From Ramazzottius varieornatus (taxonomy: Eukaryota; Animalia; Tardigrada), in the NCBI GenBank assembly GCA_001949185.1, contig BDGG01000021.1, forward strand, positions 148,817 to 212,816: a stretch of DNA of 64,000 nucleotides, read 5' to 3'. The notes beneath the pieces were generated by a model that had not been told where the DNA came from, ran no database searches, and saw only the letters and a list, made by a program, of their open reading frames with translations. How positions within the stretch are numbered: the first letter of the stretch is position 1; each line of letters starts with the position of its first letter. A program made the translations under genes and the position numbers. This document shows positions 1 through 12,022 of the stretch, piece after piece.

Positions 1-147
1 TGGAAATTCGACCGTAGAAAAGTGTTGAAAAATGTATTAGTCTGAAATGTGAATCGGTCGCGTACGTACGTGCTCCCGCACTGTTGTAGCGAAAAGGCCT
101 GTCCCATAAAATTTACTGTACCATAATTTCTCGTCCTGCGTGTACCG

Positions 148-191
148 TAAATTTGTTAATATGTCATTATAAATTTGTTAATATGTCATTA
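148..191. repeat. 22-nt perfect tandem duplication (taaatttgttaatatgtcatta x2)
   Basis: Direct reading: 148-169 = 170-191. Confidence 0.9.
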
Positions 192-289
192 TTGTCATCA
201 CTAGTCACTTGTTGCATGTACCCTGTAAAAACCAAAGGTTTGGAAGAGAAAGAACGGGACGTTTCTATGTCTATCTCTTCCTCGATTAC

Positions 290-1746
290 CTCGCTGATGT
301 GGCTGCATAAACTTCTGGAAGTAGGGGTAATAGTTCAAGACCACCAGTTTATGGAGACCGATCAAGCGCGAGATGAAGTCCATGAGGAGGAGCTTCGTGT
401 CGAAATTGAGTGTTTCGCTCGATGCTGCACTGGCCTTATCCTTCTTCCCCTCATGTTCATCTTTCGGGTTCAGAACGCGGTACAACCGCTCGGCAAACTC
501 TGGAATGAGCTACTAACGTTAGCAAATCTGTCGAAAAGAGGGGAAAGGGAGGAGATGTTACCTTGAGGATCGTACAGTAAATGCAGAGCCGAAAAATCAA
601 AGACTTCCTTCTTCTCCTTCTTGGCATTCTTCTTGATCTGACGCATGCCTCGTTCCAACCGCTTCTGGCGCTTACTCGTCTTCTTCCCCACACGATGTGT
701 CGTGATCAGTTCCTTTGCTGTCTTCATTTCAGACTGTTAAGATATATAAAGACGTGTCAAACCTTTCACTCAAACAAAACGAAATCAAACAGAAATTTCT
801 TTACATCTGAATCCGCGTTATCCTCGTCCTGTTTCGAGTCATTCGTGCTGGTGAAGAACCTCAGCGACAGATTCAACAGTTTGGCCATGCCCAAGAAGCA
901 ACCTTCGCCGATGATGTTGACCACTTTCTGCTCCTTCCACACTCCCTTCTTGTACAGATGGATGGCCGACTCCAACGCCACAACGGATACCACCGAGTGC
1001 TTCAGCTTGATCTGATCCAAAAACAGCTTCTGGATTCTCTACAAGGACAAAGCCACCTGTCAGAACAGGCCCAGGAGGTGAAACAGAGGTTCGACTAACC
1101 GAGTTGACTTTCTGGTCTCTATGCTTGGCGTTGATGGCTTTGACGACAGAGACGATTTGGGTGGACAACAGTTCGCGCAGGTGTTTGTCACCGATCTTTA
1201 ACAGCTCGAAGAACAAGGGAAGGAGCTTCTCGACGTCAATGACATCTCGCTTGTGGAGCAACATCAAGCCCTTACACAGCGCTTGACGTGTGCCCCAGCT
1301 CAAGTCTTGACATTTCGTGCGGAGGAATGTAAAGAGTCGATCGGCAAAGTCTTGCGATTTCTTGGGATAACAGAAGGAAACATGCGCCAGGAACATGATC
1401 AAACTGTCAAAATGGCTGTGGTCTTCATTGGGATTATTGCCGAAGATCTGGACGAAGGAGTCGAACTGAGATAGTTGTTGCGCAAACTGGCAAAGACAAA
1501 ACCTTCATCGGCGCACCTTCATCATTCGCTTGTAATAATCAACTGCGTCCTTTGACCCAAATAAGTACCCAGCCGACCTAGGCGACGCACTCGGACGCAT
1601 GTCGAGCACGAAAGACTGCGCCACTCCATTCGGCAGACACATTCACTTATGCTTACCTCGGCTTCGTAAGTGATGGGATCCCTTTTGATCAGATTCTGCA
1701 ATTGTGGAAGGTTCCCGATGAAGCGTTTATCCGCCCGTGAAGCCAT
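290..1746 (-). CDS. SDAD1: Protein SDA1 homolog (60S biogenesis); multi-exon, 3' part continues beyond the window start
   Basis: N-terminus NLPQLQNLIKRDPITYEAE, then FLAHVSFCYP, FDFSALHLLYDPQ, MDFISRLIGLHKL..NYYPYFQKFMQPHQR, all SDA1 motifs. Intron 1 is 1487-1656 (GT-AG). The last exon seen ends at the donor at 289. Confidence 0.9.
1508..1624. repeat. Intronic dyad element, two degenerate tandem copies (SDA1 intron 1)
   Basis: tcggcgcac(1508)-N26-ctgcgtcct and gcgacgcac(1582)-N25-ctgcgccac(1624); period 74. Confidence 0.65.
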
Positions 1747-2204
1747 CCTTTCCGTCGTTGTTCACCGGAAGCAGGGAGAAGGAAAGATGGACGCGAAAAA
1801 GAAACGAGAGCGGTACGGGAGAACCACGAAAGTGATTTTCGGTATTCTCCACTCTCCAGAATCCAGATAACGAAATATCCGTAGTGAGTAGTACCCGGCC
1901 CAGCCAGTCTTTCTATCCATCTGCGGGTTTATACGTAGAGTAACAGTTAGCCTTCTACGATGCCCACGGGGATCGTTTACCGAGCGATAGTGCGAGTTGA
2001 TTGATTGATGTCGCTTGTCAGAGCCAGAAGATATTTTCATCAGAAATTCAGAGTGATCACTGATCAGCTGGCGTTTTGCTTTTGAAGAATCGATAGGAAC
2101 AGTCTTCTTCTCCATCGAGAAGATATACCCTTCCCTGTATCTCTTTAACTGTTTACTTTAGGAGAGGTTTCGGAGTAGGTGTACTGGTGGCCACAATTCG
2201 CACG

Positions 2205-2862
2205 ATGTCGGTGCAGACGGAATCGTCAGACGCGGCGATGCGCGGTGCTAATGTGGGAGGACAGGTCGCCCCTGGCTACGGACAGACGGAATACGGACGG
2301 ATGGTGGATCGTCCAGGGCCAGGTCGACCTCTGGTCATGCCTTACACCTATGCCAGCCGAGTGTTTCAGTTCCCTTTCAAGTTGAACTGGCAACGCAACT
2401 GGTTGTTCAGATACTACATCATCGGTTTTTTTGCTGGACTGCCATTCATCTATAAGATTCATAAAATGGGTGTGTATTTCGTTTTGTGTACGTTCCTTTG
2501 GCCTTACTATTAATCTTCTTTTTTCTTCGCAGCTAACAGTCCGGAAAACGTTGAAAACTGGAAGGCGATCCGTCAAAAATGGAGAGATGGTGAGTTTATC
2601 TCGGAGATCGGGATTGAAGTGGGATAGTTATTCGATCAAGCGGCGCAAGGTGACAATACAGTGACGTCAGGCCACATACCATAACGGTCAGACATGACAT
2701 TTACAGTAGTATGTCATGTGTTACTGTGTCACTGTGCACCTGATTGACGATCTGGATTGTGTGCTATGGCTTTTCCGGGTTCCTCATGGCAGATGTAGTT
2801 TCGTGTACTAACGGCACTTCTTTTCTGTTCCTGCAGAGGCTATGGGAAAGGTCCACCACTAA
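2205..2862 (+). CDS. roh: Small membrane protein similar to Drosophila roh (reduction of Rh1, CG30415)
   Basis: Exons 2205-2469, 2533-2589 and 2837-2862 splice in phase to ...PGRPLVMPYTYASRVFQFPFK..NWLFRYYIIGFFAGLPFIYKIHKMANSPENVENWKAIRQKWRDEAMGKVHH*. This matches the recalled roh pattern PGRPM.(F/Y)PYTF..K.AQFP...W.WRYY...K..ANSPEN...W...HH. Confidence 0.8.
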
Positions 2863-4067
2863 GGAGGAATACCGATTTTGGGATATTGCAGGCAATCGTT
2901 TTACAAAAGAAGATGTTGTGTGTTGAGAGTGTGCGTGCGTCGTCTGACAAGCGAGACAGTTACGTATCCCCTTTGTGTTCGTTTCGTTGGGCGGAAGTGA
3001 AAGCTTTTTCTGGTGCAATATTCGCCGATGTTGTGCCGATATCCATCAATACTAGCTCGGGCTTTTAGAGTAGCTGTCCTTACTCCACCTTGAACGGACA
3101 AGCCATATCCGCTGTAACGAGAATACAACGAGGAAAAAAGTATTCCCAGAGTTCTCCGTGTCGAATTAATGAGTTGGGCTTATTTGTATTCTCTCCGAAC
3201 GGTGCTACCTTCAGGCCAGACATTGTCATGCATCGTTCACGTAGGGTACTCTTTGATCCCTGGAGAGTGAAGGCGTTGCGGGGAACCAGCTGAGCAGGAA
3301 GAAAGAGCCACTAGGGAATCGGTACAGGGAAGGCCGGGCCGGCGATATTTTATCGATTAACTTTCCATCTTTCCCGTCCTTTCCATCGCTCCTTGCGCTC
3401 TCCAGCCGTCCTATTCTCCGATGCTGACATGTCCTGTGTACAGTAATCATCTTTTCGGGCTTTTAGCCTGGGGCATTAATGGCGGTTTGAACTGGCAGCT
3501 TCTTGAGCTGCTGGATTATTCAATAACAGATCATGTCATAAGGGAAGAAAACAACCTCCTTCCTTACTTTCTTCGGCCTTTGTCTAGCGTTATTCCCTGT
3601 GCCCTACCACTATGGACAGTATTATACAAATTTCCAGCTATCGTCTTGAAAGTTTGTCGTCGCAGTGCACTACGACATTTCCCATTCGTTGCTCTTGGAT
3701 GATCTTCCCGGGTTGTATCATTTCGAGGCGCTGATTATGCCCTGTTGTTTTGCTTCCGTAATCTAAGCAGAATCACTCCACACGTTCGAATTCCCTGCCC
3801 TAATTTGCCGACAGATCCAAAGACCCGTAAAACTACAATGATGGGGAGTGCACGTCGACAGCCATTCTGACGCCAAGGCGGAAGTATTGGTGCTTTGGAA
3901 CCGGCGAATGATTTTATGCGAAAGTGATTCGGCAAGATTTCGTGACGTGGACGAGTGCGACAGTTAGTGATCAAGCAAAACAATTGTGTCGGTCAAGTAA
4001 GCTTGGCTTCTGGGAAAACGTCCTCGACGTCAATCATAACCGTTTTGTTTGCTAGTCGTTTTTCGGA

Positions 4068-6375
4068 ATGTCGAAACGCGAAGGAGGGGGAAACAGCTGT
4101 GGACTTGCGGTAACAACGAGCAGTATCAGTGGTGCCGAAGCGCCGACCATTACCCTAACATCGGTAGGACAATCAGCGGTGTGGATGTCTACTTCGACAA
4201 GTGCCACTCAGGGTCCTGCTGACGTCAACGGGACGTCGCGCTGGCTCGACGACAGCACATCGATTAGCCCTCGTCATGTCTATAATCTCTCGCTGCAAGG
4301 CCTGATCAATATCGATGATGGCAAATGGACGGAAGAGCTACGGAGCGCCATTGTGCACGACGACCTGGAGTTGTGCGAAGCTCTCTTGTGCTGTGGAATA
4401 CCCATGACACCGCTCTTCTTTCAGAGCATACCTCTTGAACAGGACGACGTCAGGCAACTCTGTGCAAAGTTCTGCCCGGATATTTGGACATCTATCAAGA
4501 CGGGCAACGTCAAGCAAGTTCGCTGCCTCGTAAACCTCTGGCACAAAGTAAGGCCAATCAACCGCCTCATGCTAATCAATTAGCAGCTCCTCTCTGACGT
4601 CACTACGGTCAATTCCGCTTGACCGCCTTTTTTCCTACGAGCCATTCAAGCAAATCCAAAGTCTCAAAATCAATTGTCTTGTCAATTCAAGCGACACTTG
4701 GCTGTACGTTCGGTGCTTTTTGGCAAAGTTCTTGCCTGTGTTTCTAGGTGGATCTGGTCCGGAATGGCAAGTCCCTCTTCCAGCTGGCCATCGAGCATTC
4801 CAACCCGTATATTATCAGCCTGATCGGTGGCATCCAGACGACGATGGAAGTGGCCCACGTCGTCCTTGCCGGTGACGTCAAGAGACTTCACACTCTCCGT
4901 CCCAATGGTCAGTTTATCAAACGGACGTTGAAGCATTTCGGTCACAATTGCGCGCCTATCCTCTACTTTGCCATCATCCACAACAACATCGAAATGGTGC
5001 AAGAGCTTTGCCAGCACTTTGGCATGAAGTCGGACGATCTGATGCTCGATCAAGATGGCCAGGAAATCCCACTCTTGTTCGTGGCGCTCCAGTCCGCAGT
5101 TGACCACCAAATAATCACAGTACGATAAATATGCGCACTTCAAACCAAAACGCCACGAACAAACGTTAAAGTTAACGTTGGGTAAAATACAAAGAAGAAA
5201 TGCTGAAGCATCAAGCCGACCAACTGTTGTTTTACGTAGGTTCTACTGCAGAGTACGCACTACGAACTGACGAGAGTGTGGTACCAGAAGAGAAACATCC
5301 TTCAATACTCCTTGGACATTCAAGTATCAGCCGACTGTTTCGCATTGCTGCTGGAATGCGGAGGTGGGCAGTTGGTAGCGGAGAGGGACGCGACGAACCG
5401 GACGCTGACTGAGGTCATGGCCGAACTGCCCATCTTCGAAGCCCAATCCAACTACAAGGCAATCCTGGAGAAGCAGATACAAAAATGGATCCGGGAGAAG
5501 AACAAGCAAGCAGTCTGGCTAGCTATTCTGGGCTTTCAGTCCTTCTTCATCTCCGTCGAACGGAATCTCTGCATCATACAGGAACATGTTGCTGATCTGG
5601 CGCAGTGCATCACCGACGATGACGCTCAAAGGTTCGAAATGACGGCACAACTTCTCCACTCCACATTACCCGGTAGGACATCTCATTGCTCTTTTTCTAC
5701 CAATTGTACACGATTCTGCCAACACTTTTTGTAGCCACAAGGCAGACCAGGTGAAATGTATTTTCACCGATTATTTGGTTTGAATAATGGTGCTGATTTG
5801 TAGATGATTTTCCAATTTCGACGGCCGTGTGGTACGCTCGTCCGCCGGGCAAGCCGCAAAGTCTTCTGCACCGCGCTGTCATCTGTGGACGACAAGAGAT
5901 AGTTTCGCTCATCCTCAGCTACTCCCCACCGTCCTCCATCTCCACCCTACTCGTACCTCTGGATAACTTGGGTGTCTCTCCCCTCCACTACGCCTGTGCT
6001 TCTTCCGAGTATAGCCAAATCGAAGCGCTCCTTCTAACGGCGGGCTTCAGCGAACACCAAATGGACAAGTTGGAGCACGACTGTGCTTCCTACCGAATGA
6101 AGCGCGACACGGCGGACATGGCGGCTTTCTTGACCGCGCTGGCCGAAGGCGACTTCACCAAGGCTGTCCTGCTTGATCCCTGGGACGTTGATCGAGTCAA
6201 TGCTGACAAGGACGCCGAAGACTTGATGGAGGATTTGCCCTACCGAAAACGCGTTCTGACCTCGGCCGATCCCGATGCCAAGTCTACCGGACGACGCAAG
6301 AGCTCCACCCATTCGCACACCAGTGGACGCACTTCCTTGGGTGCTAAACCCGATAGCTGGTGTTCAATTTCCTGA
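4068..6375 (+). CDS. Ankyrin-repeat protein, multi-exon
   Basis: Chained ORFs 4068-4547, 4748-~5120, ~5240-5673 and ~5803-6375 with GT-AG junctions. Ankyrin-like motifs GKSLFQLAI, APILYFAIIHNNIEMVQEL, SLLHRAVICGRQEIVSLIL, DNLGVSPLHYAC. Confidence 0.75.
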
Positions 6376-6643
6376 TGAATTTTTCCACGCCTAATTTTCG
6401 GTTCTTTTATCCACTTGAACATAATAACGGTGAAAGTAAATACTACTTTCGACAGGCAAATGATTGTACTGTAAATGGCAAAGAAACCCAGAGAAACTTT
6501 GCATCATACGTCTAGATAAAACTGCAAGATTTTGAACAATAAAACCTAAACTGATTCGCAGAAAGTGAGCAAATTTGTAACGGCACTGGGTAACGTGGTG
6601 GCGGAGCTTCAGCGTGCTCGAATGTGATACGGCAAAGAAGCCT

Positions 6644-8509
6644 TCAGGCCTTTTTGCTAAGGGGTTGTTGTTGCGGACGTTCTTGGAGGTAGTGGTAGAT
6701 GGCCGAAAAGTCCTTGCTTCCATAGCCGGTGGACATGAGCATTTTGTACAATTGATGGGCCAAACTACCAAAGGCTGTCGGAGTACTCGTCGCGTTGGCG
6801 GCGTTCACCGCCAGCCCCAGATCCTGCAAGCAGCCAAAACAAGGTATTGCCATCCAGCAATCGTAACTTTTTTGTCAATACAAACCTTGGCCATTAGGTT
6901 GATGGCGAAGCCTCCATCGTAGTTGTTGCAGGCCGGCGTTCCTTCCTTGATGCCCGGTACCGGGTTGTAGACTTCACTGGACCAGCACCGGCCGGAACTG
7001 GTATTGATCACTCCGGCCAACACTTTGGCATCCAGTCCCAACCTACGCAAGAATAGGAGGCCGGTCAACGAAATGCGCAGGATCCTTTGTCAAAGTGGCG
7101 CACGCTTCCGGCCAATATCACCGCAATCATGCGCCACTTGAGACCGTAACGATCTTGCCCGTTTCGTTAGACGTTAGCCGACCTCTTAAATATTTAAATT
7201 CTGATTTCGTGCAACTTCCATTGGGTAATTTCTTACCGTATGCCCAGGTTGAATGTTTCGGCTGTGGCCACCATTCCGATAGCCATCAGCTGCGGTTAAA
7301 ATAAAAATAAAGGACCGACGAATCGATGAACTGACTGGATACAAAAGAAAGAAAGTCAGTAACGTTACCATATTGTTGCATATCTTGGCCGCTTCTCCCA
7401 TGCCGACGCTCCCACAATGCACCACGTTCTTCCCCATCAGGCTCAGTAAGGTCCTGATGGCGTCAAAGTCCTCTGGAGAGTCACAACCCACCATGAAGGT
7501 CAAGGCCGCATCCCTCGCACCCATAACCCCTGCACAGAAAATTAAATCTTCTTTCATCGTCGATTGTTTATCGAACAGATCCGTCTTACCTCCAGAAACA
7601 GGCGCATCGCAGAAAGTCGCTCCTCTCTTGACGGCAGACGCAGAGATCTCTTTGGAGGTGGCTGGATCGATGGTACTGCAGTCGATCAACAGCGTTCCCT
7701 CCTTTATATCGGACCTGTGGAAGAAAACAGAATTATGACGAAATGTTGCACAAAACATTTTTAAAAAAACCCCCCGAAACATTATTATCCAGCGACATTT
7801 TCATCTGGTTTTCTTGCGGAGAAATATCAATTGCAAAGATACTTTAGAAGACCTCCGTCGCCGGTGTAGACTTGGGTGCAGTGTGGCGAAGAAGGTAACA
7901 TGGTGATGATTTTGCTGCAGGAATCGGCGATCTCGGTGAGGGATCGTGCAGCGACCGCGCCCTGCCCTTCCAAGGCAGCCATCGCTTCAGGATAGACATC
8001 GTAAATCATCACCGATTGACCCTTCTTAAGCAGGTTCCTGGCCATATGCGAACCCATATTTCCTGCAGGACAAAATTATACTGATGGAAAACTAACCGTG
8101 AGCTACAAGACGCTCATCTCCCACCACCTGCATACACCCAATCTTCGGTCTACTGAGACGCGGGTGTATGCAGGTGGATGGAATCTTTCTGGTAACTCGC
8201 TAATTACTGACCATGAATCTTCCAATGCTTTTAAAGATTCGTGGAAAGCTTTCTTATGGGCAATTATGTATAAGTCTAACATTTTTTAATGTACCGGAAA
8301 TTCGGCTGAAGACTCCCATCCGGGAGCTTTGAGCTTACCTAGTCCGATGAATCCGACGCGATTGCTGCTGGACTGACTGCTGGCCATCCTGATACCTGCA
8401 AACAAAACGCCTCATCACCACCACTTCCACACGTAACATCACTGCAAGCACATTCACCTGGACAACAGCGTCTGGTCCAGCCATATCGGATAGTGGTCAG
8501 GAGTTGCAT
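6644..8509 (-). CDS. HIBADH: 3-hydroxyisobutyrate dehydrogenase, mitochondrial
   Basis: Spliced RVGFIGLG|[14 protein letters not shown] Rossmann motif, [51 protein letters not shown]. Start at 8509 or the in-frame ATG at 8542. Confidence 0.95.
7095..7137. repeat. Intronic dyad element (HIBADH intron ~7043-7237)
   Basis: gtggcgcac-N25-atgcgccac; outer arms aacgaaatgcgcaggatc / gatcttgcccgtttcgtt extend the palindrome. Confidence 0.85.
8124..8177. repeat. Intronic hairpin with a perfect 16-bp stem (second hairpin family)
   Basis: ccacctgcatacaccc (8124-8139) / gggtgtatgcaggtgg (8162-8177); related hairpin at 56794-56834. Confidence 0.8.
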
Positions 8510-8730
8510 CTTTCGCAAGAGAAGCGGACTTCCGGTGGGCATTGCTGGTTATCTGCGGTGCACGATCACCGACATCCAGTCCGAAGTGCAGCTTCTGTAT
8601 ACGTTAGAAAAAGCTGGCCTTGCAGAAGTTCCCCCTCCTCGCTGTATCCACGAGAAGCTAGACCTACCCAAAACAGACGGAGCCAGGATGCAAAGTTGCA
8701 GATATCAAGTCCAGGGAAGAATAAGCTGAA

Positions 8731-8915
8731 TATACAGATTGCGAAGTGATCCGCACTAGCACAATTCGATACGCACTGAAACATCGTGACATCATCAGAA
8801 CAAGTTCGTTTCGTAAGCTGTGTGTTAAAAGGTCGCACAATGTTTACATGAGACGTCACGATGTTTTTGTGTGTATCGGAATTGTGCTAGTGCGCTTTCG
8901 CTCGCAATCTCTATA
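8731..8915. mobile_element. MITE with ~65-bp imperfect TIRs, TA/TATA ends
   Basis: The left end tatacagattgcg..cgcactagcacaattcgatac..aaacatcgtgac is inverted at the right end gtcacgatgttt..gtatcggaattgtgctagtgcg..cgcaatctctata. A solo copy of the terminus lies at 62075-62117. Confidence 0.75.
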
Positions 8916-9485
8916 ATAACCAACGGAAGCCAAACAAGAAGTACTAAACCAGAAACGATCAGCTGATCGCTCCATGACGTCATCGCAGAATTTAGATTCT
9001 GGCAAGTGGTGTAGCCACTGTAGTGGTCTCATTCACAGGGCCGTTACGATTCACAGCTAGTGCTGGGATAATTCGCGAGGCGGCACCCTAGCAGGTACTG
9101 TTGCCGCCGAGGGAGGCTAAAAGAGAAGAAACGGGAACTGGGATGATGGCAGCGCGTATCCCAAGTTCCCAACCATTGAATTACTCCCTGTGACTCAGAA
9201 TACAATGCTATAGCCTTATCTCCTTCTTTTGTGACCTACTTTCGCTTCTCCTCAGTCACATTCCATTCACAAGCTTATCTCTACTAATGTTGTACTTTGC
9301 CCTTCACTGGGCAAAGTTCAGCAAACACAAACTTACGAACAAAACCAGCTCCGCAACGACAGCTCGTGCCCAAAAATCCCATGTTTGACCACCTGAAGTG
9401 GTTGGACATGGGATAACATGGGGTATCAAGTCGCATGCAAGGTTTTATTAGTAAGGGTGGGGAGCATTATTCCCTCCACTACAAA

Positions 9486-9606
9486 ATCCCGCGACGAGAT
9501 CCCGGGTGAATCAGATCCCGGGTATACCTAATCCCGGGCTACGCAGATCCCGCGATCGACAAATCCCGGGATTTGTACAAAGAACCCGGGAGCATGGAAT
9601 CCCGGA
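9486..9606. repeat. Periodic array of ATCCCG(G/C)G with variable ~8-nt spacers
   Basis: Motif starts at 9486, 9499, 9515, 9531, 9547, 9563, 9583 and 9599 (spacings 13,16,16,16,16,20,16). Confidence 0.85.
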
Positions 9607-9702
9607 GGAAACTCATCCAAGCTTCAGTTGAGACTACTTCCTAAATCCATAAAGTTCGTTTCAAAATAAATACATTCACTGCGATTAATGTCAGCTGTGT
9701 GG

Positions 9703-10540
9703 GTTCGTTAGGACCTACTCCGCGTTCTGATGAGGGAAGACACATGTATTACGTAAGATTCGGCAAACTGAATGGAACAAAGCCGCGTTCATTGCTTTGC
9801 TTTGATAGGAGGTCGATTCGGCGCTTCTGATCTTGTCTTACGTGATAATTGAATGCTCCCGAATGACAAAGTAGGTCTTAGAAACCACTTTCGAAGTTCA
9901 GATTCTTCACGAAATGTGGACTTACTTGAGAAATTCACTGTAAGGTTATTTAAAAACCCACACAACACTCGTACAAAGACAAGCCGACTCACAAGCTGAA
10001 GTTTCCCCGTGCATGTTTCCTGTTGCCCGGTATAATCCTCAGGACGATCATTTGTTCAGTATTGAAAAATTAAGCGCTTGTAGCGAGGTTTAGGGCTCGC
10101 ATGAACAAGCATCCTGGTCCATTGCTGGTACACATGAAACATTGTGCGCATGCGTGAACTGTTGCTTGATGAATTTCTCGCCAGGTTGCGAGAAACGTGG
10201 AGGAACCTCATTTTTAGATGCCACTAGCTCTATTACTTATGCCCTTTTGGCTGCTGAACTTGGTTCCTGAGACCCAGTTATTAGGCAGATTCCATCGTCA
10301 TTCGTACAGGGCTTAGTCCTTAGAGTCGACTTACCATGGAATGCCTTTGTGCTAGTGTTATACCATTGTGCCAGTGTTGTGCGAGTGTTGTGCGGGTTTG
10401 TAAGGAACCTTACAGTAAATTTCTGAAGTAAATCTAGATTTTTTTAAGAATCTGAACTTTGGAAGTGGTTCCTAGGACCTAATTTGTCCTTATCAGAACG
10501 CGAAGTAGGTCCTATAAGGACATATTAGGTCCTAGGAACT
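9703..10540. mobile_element. Foldback-type non-autonomous DNA element with ~140-bp degenerate TIRs
   Basis: taggacctactccgcgttctgat..gacaaagtaggtcttagaaaccac..aagttcagattctt..ctgtaaggtt..cacaacactcg (9709-9975, with a ~120-nt insertion) is the reverse complement of 10377-10514. Confidence 0.7.
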
Positions 10541-10974
10541 AGTCGTGCCGGCTTTGGCGACAATTTGGCCAATCAAGACAATCAACTCCACACAGGAACC
10601 ACCTTGGAGACAGGCGTGGCATCATGGTAAGCAGCCACCGGCTAAAAAGCACTGGGTGTGTAGCTGTGAATCGTAATAGTGCTGTGAATGACATTTGTGA
10701 ATGACATTACAGACATTAAGTTGCCACCGCCAGATGAAAGTCCCACTGTAGCTAAGATGAGTTGCAACGTTACTCATAAGCGCAGCAGCTGATCGGAATT
10801 TGAATAGTTGGGAAGCCACCATGCTTCCCAATGCTAGCCAACCGTAACTCCGATTACGCTATTTCGGGAAAATAAGGGGAGCTCCGGAAAGCAAAATGTA
10901 GTTACACGTCATGAAAGGGGTGGAGCTAGGCCGTAGCCACAGTTGCAAAGTGAACGGGAGTGCCAACTTAATAT

Positions 10975-11932
10975 CTATTCACGCAGCACATTCACTCGTG
11001 TCTCAGATTTGTCCTGAAGCAGACTTGGATGCTGCCGTGGTCGAGAAGATTACTTTGTGGCGCACACGCTGTAACGTCGAACCTCCGCCAGGTCTGACGC
11101 GGTCAGTCCAGAAGCTATGGGACACGCCCCTCGTCGAATCCAGCTTTCGTGCCCTGTTAGAGCAGTCTTCGCCCACCGAAAAAGCCCGTCTCCACGCCGT
11201 TTCCACAAAGAAATCCGGAGCATGGCCTTGCCAGTCTCAACTTTAGGTAACCTCCTGGATGATAATTCTTTTAGGATTTCTGTAGGACTACGGCTTGGAG
11301 CCAAGCTGTGCGAGACGCATATTTGCCGATGCGGGACGAAGGTGGACAGCACAGGCCGTCATGGACTAGCCTGCAAACACAGCGCCGGACGCCATAGCAG
11401 GCATGACGCACTCAACGACATCATACACAGAGCCTTGACTAGCTGCCAGGTTCATAACGTGAGAGAGCCGAATGGATTGATGCGCGACGGAAACATGCGA
11501 CCCGATGGACTAACGCTTGTTCCGTGGTACCAAGGAAAAGCTCTCGCATGGGACGTGACTGTGGTGGACACGCTGGCACGAACCTATCTCCAGGGCTCCA
11601 CCAATCAGGTAGGTTATGCTGCAAACCAAGCTGAGGAGAAGAAGAGGAGGAAGTACGAGGAGCTGGAGGGTCGATACCTGTTTTGCCCCGTCGGATTTGA
11701 AACGTATGGTGTCTTCGGCAACGAAGCACGAGAGCTCGTGGAGAAGATCGGGAAGAAAGTTGCTGCGCGCACAGGCGAGCCAAGATCTCTTTCGTTTTTG
11801 AAGCAGAAAATTAGCATAGAAATTCAGACAGGCAATGCTGCTTGCGTTTTTGGCACTTTTGGACATAGCCGAGGTTTGGAAGAAATTTATAGCATCCAAG
11901 ATTTGAAGAAGAATGGTATTTCATTAGTTTAA
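10975..11932 (+). mobile_element. 5'-truncated CRE-clade non-LTR retrotransposon (C-terminal zinc knuckle + restriction-like endonuclease), frameshift near 11220
   Basis: GAW..LPVSTLGNLLDDNSFRISVGLRLG, CRCG..HGLAC..RHSRHDALND, REP..RPDG..WDVTVVDT, AEEKKRRKY, PVGFETYG: typical RLE PD-(D/E)xK domain. Confidence 0.85.
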
Positions 11933-12022
11933 ATTTTGTTGATTGTTTTCAGTAAATTACTCATAACAAAGAAATCCTTTAGGAAGAAGCACGATCTCTA
12001 TATTTATTGAGACTACTACAAG

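Noticed and set aside
165-222. Terminal SDA1 exon after ttttacag
   Set aside because: The translation (GYMQQVTSDD..*) does not resemble the expected SDA1 continuation; the true next exon is probably outside the window.
3780-3805. tRNA T-arm-like gttcgaattccc
   Set aside because: No cloverleaf or A-box upstream.
9486-9606. CRISPR-like repeat-spacer array
   Set aside because: Repeats and spacers are only ~8 nt, there are no cas genes, and the context is eukaryotic.
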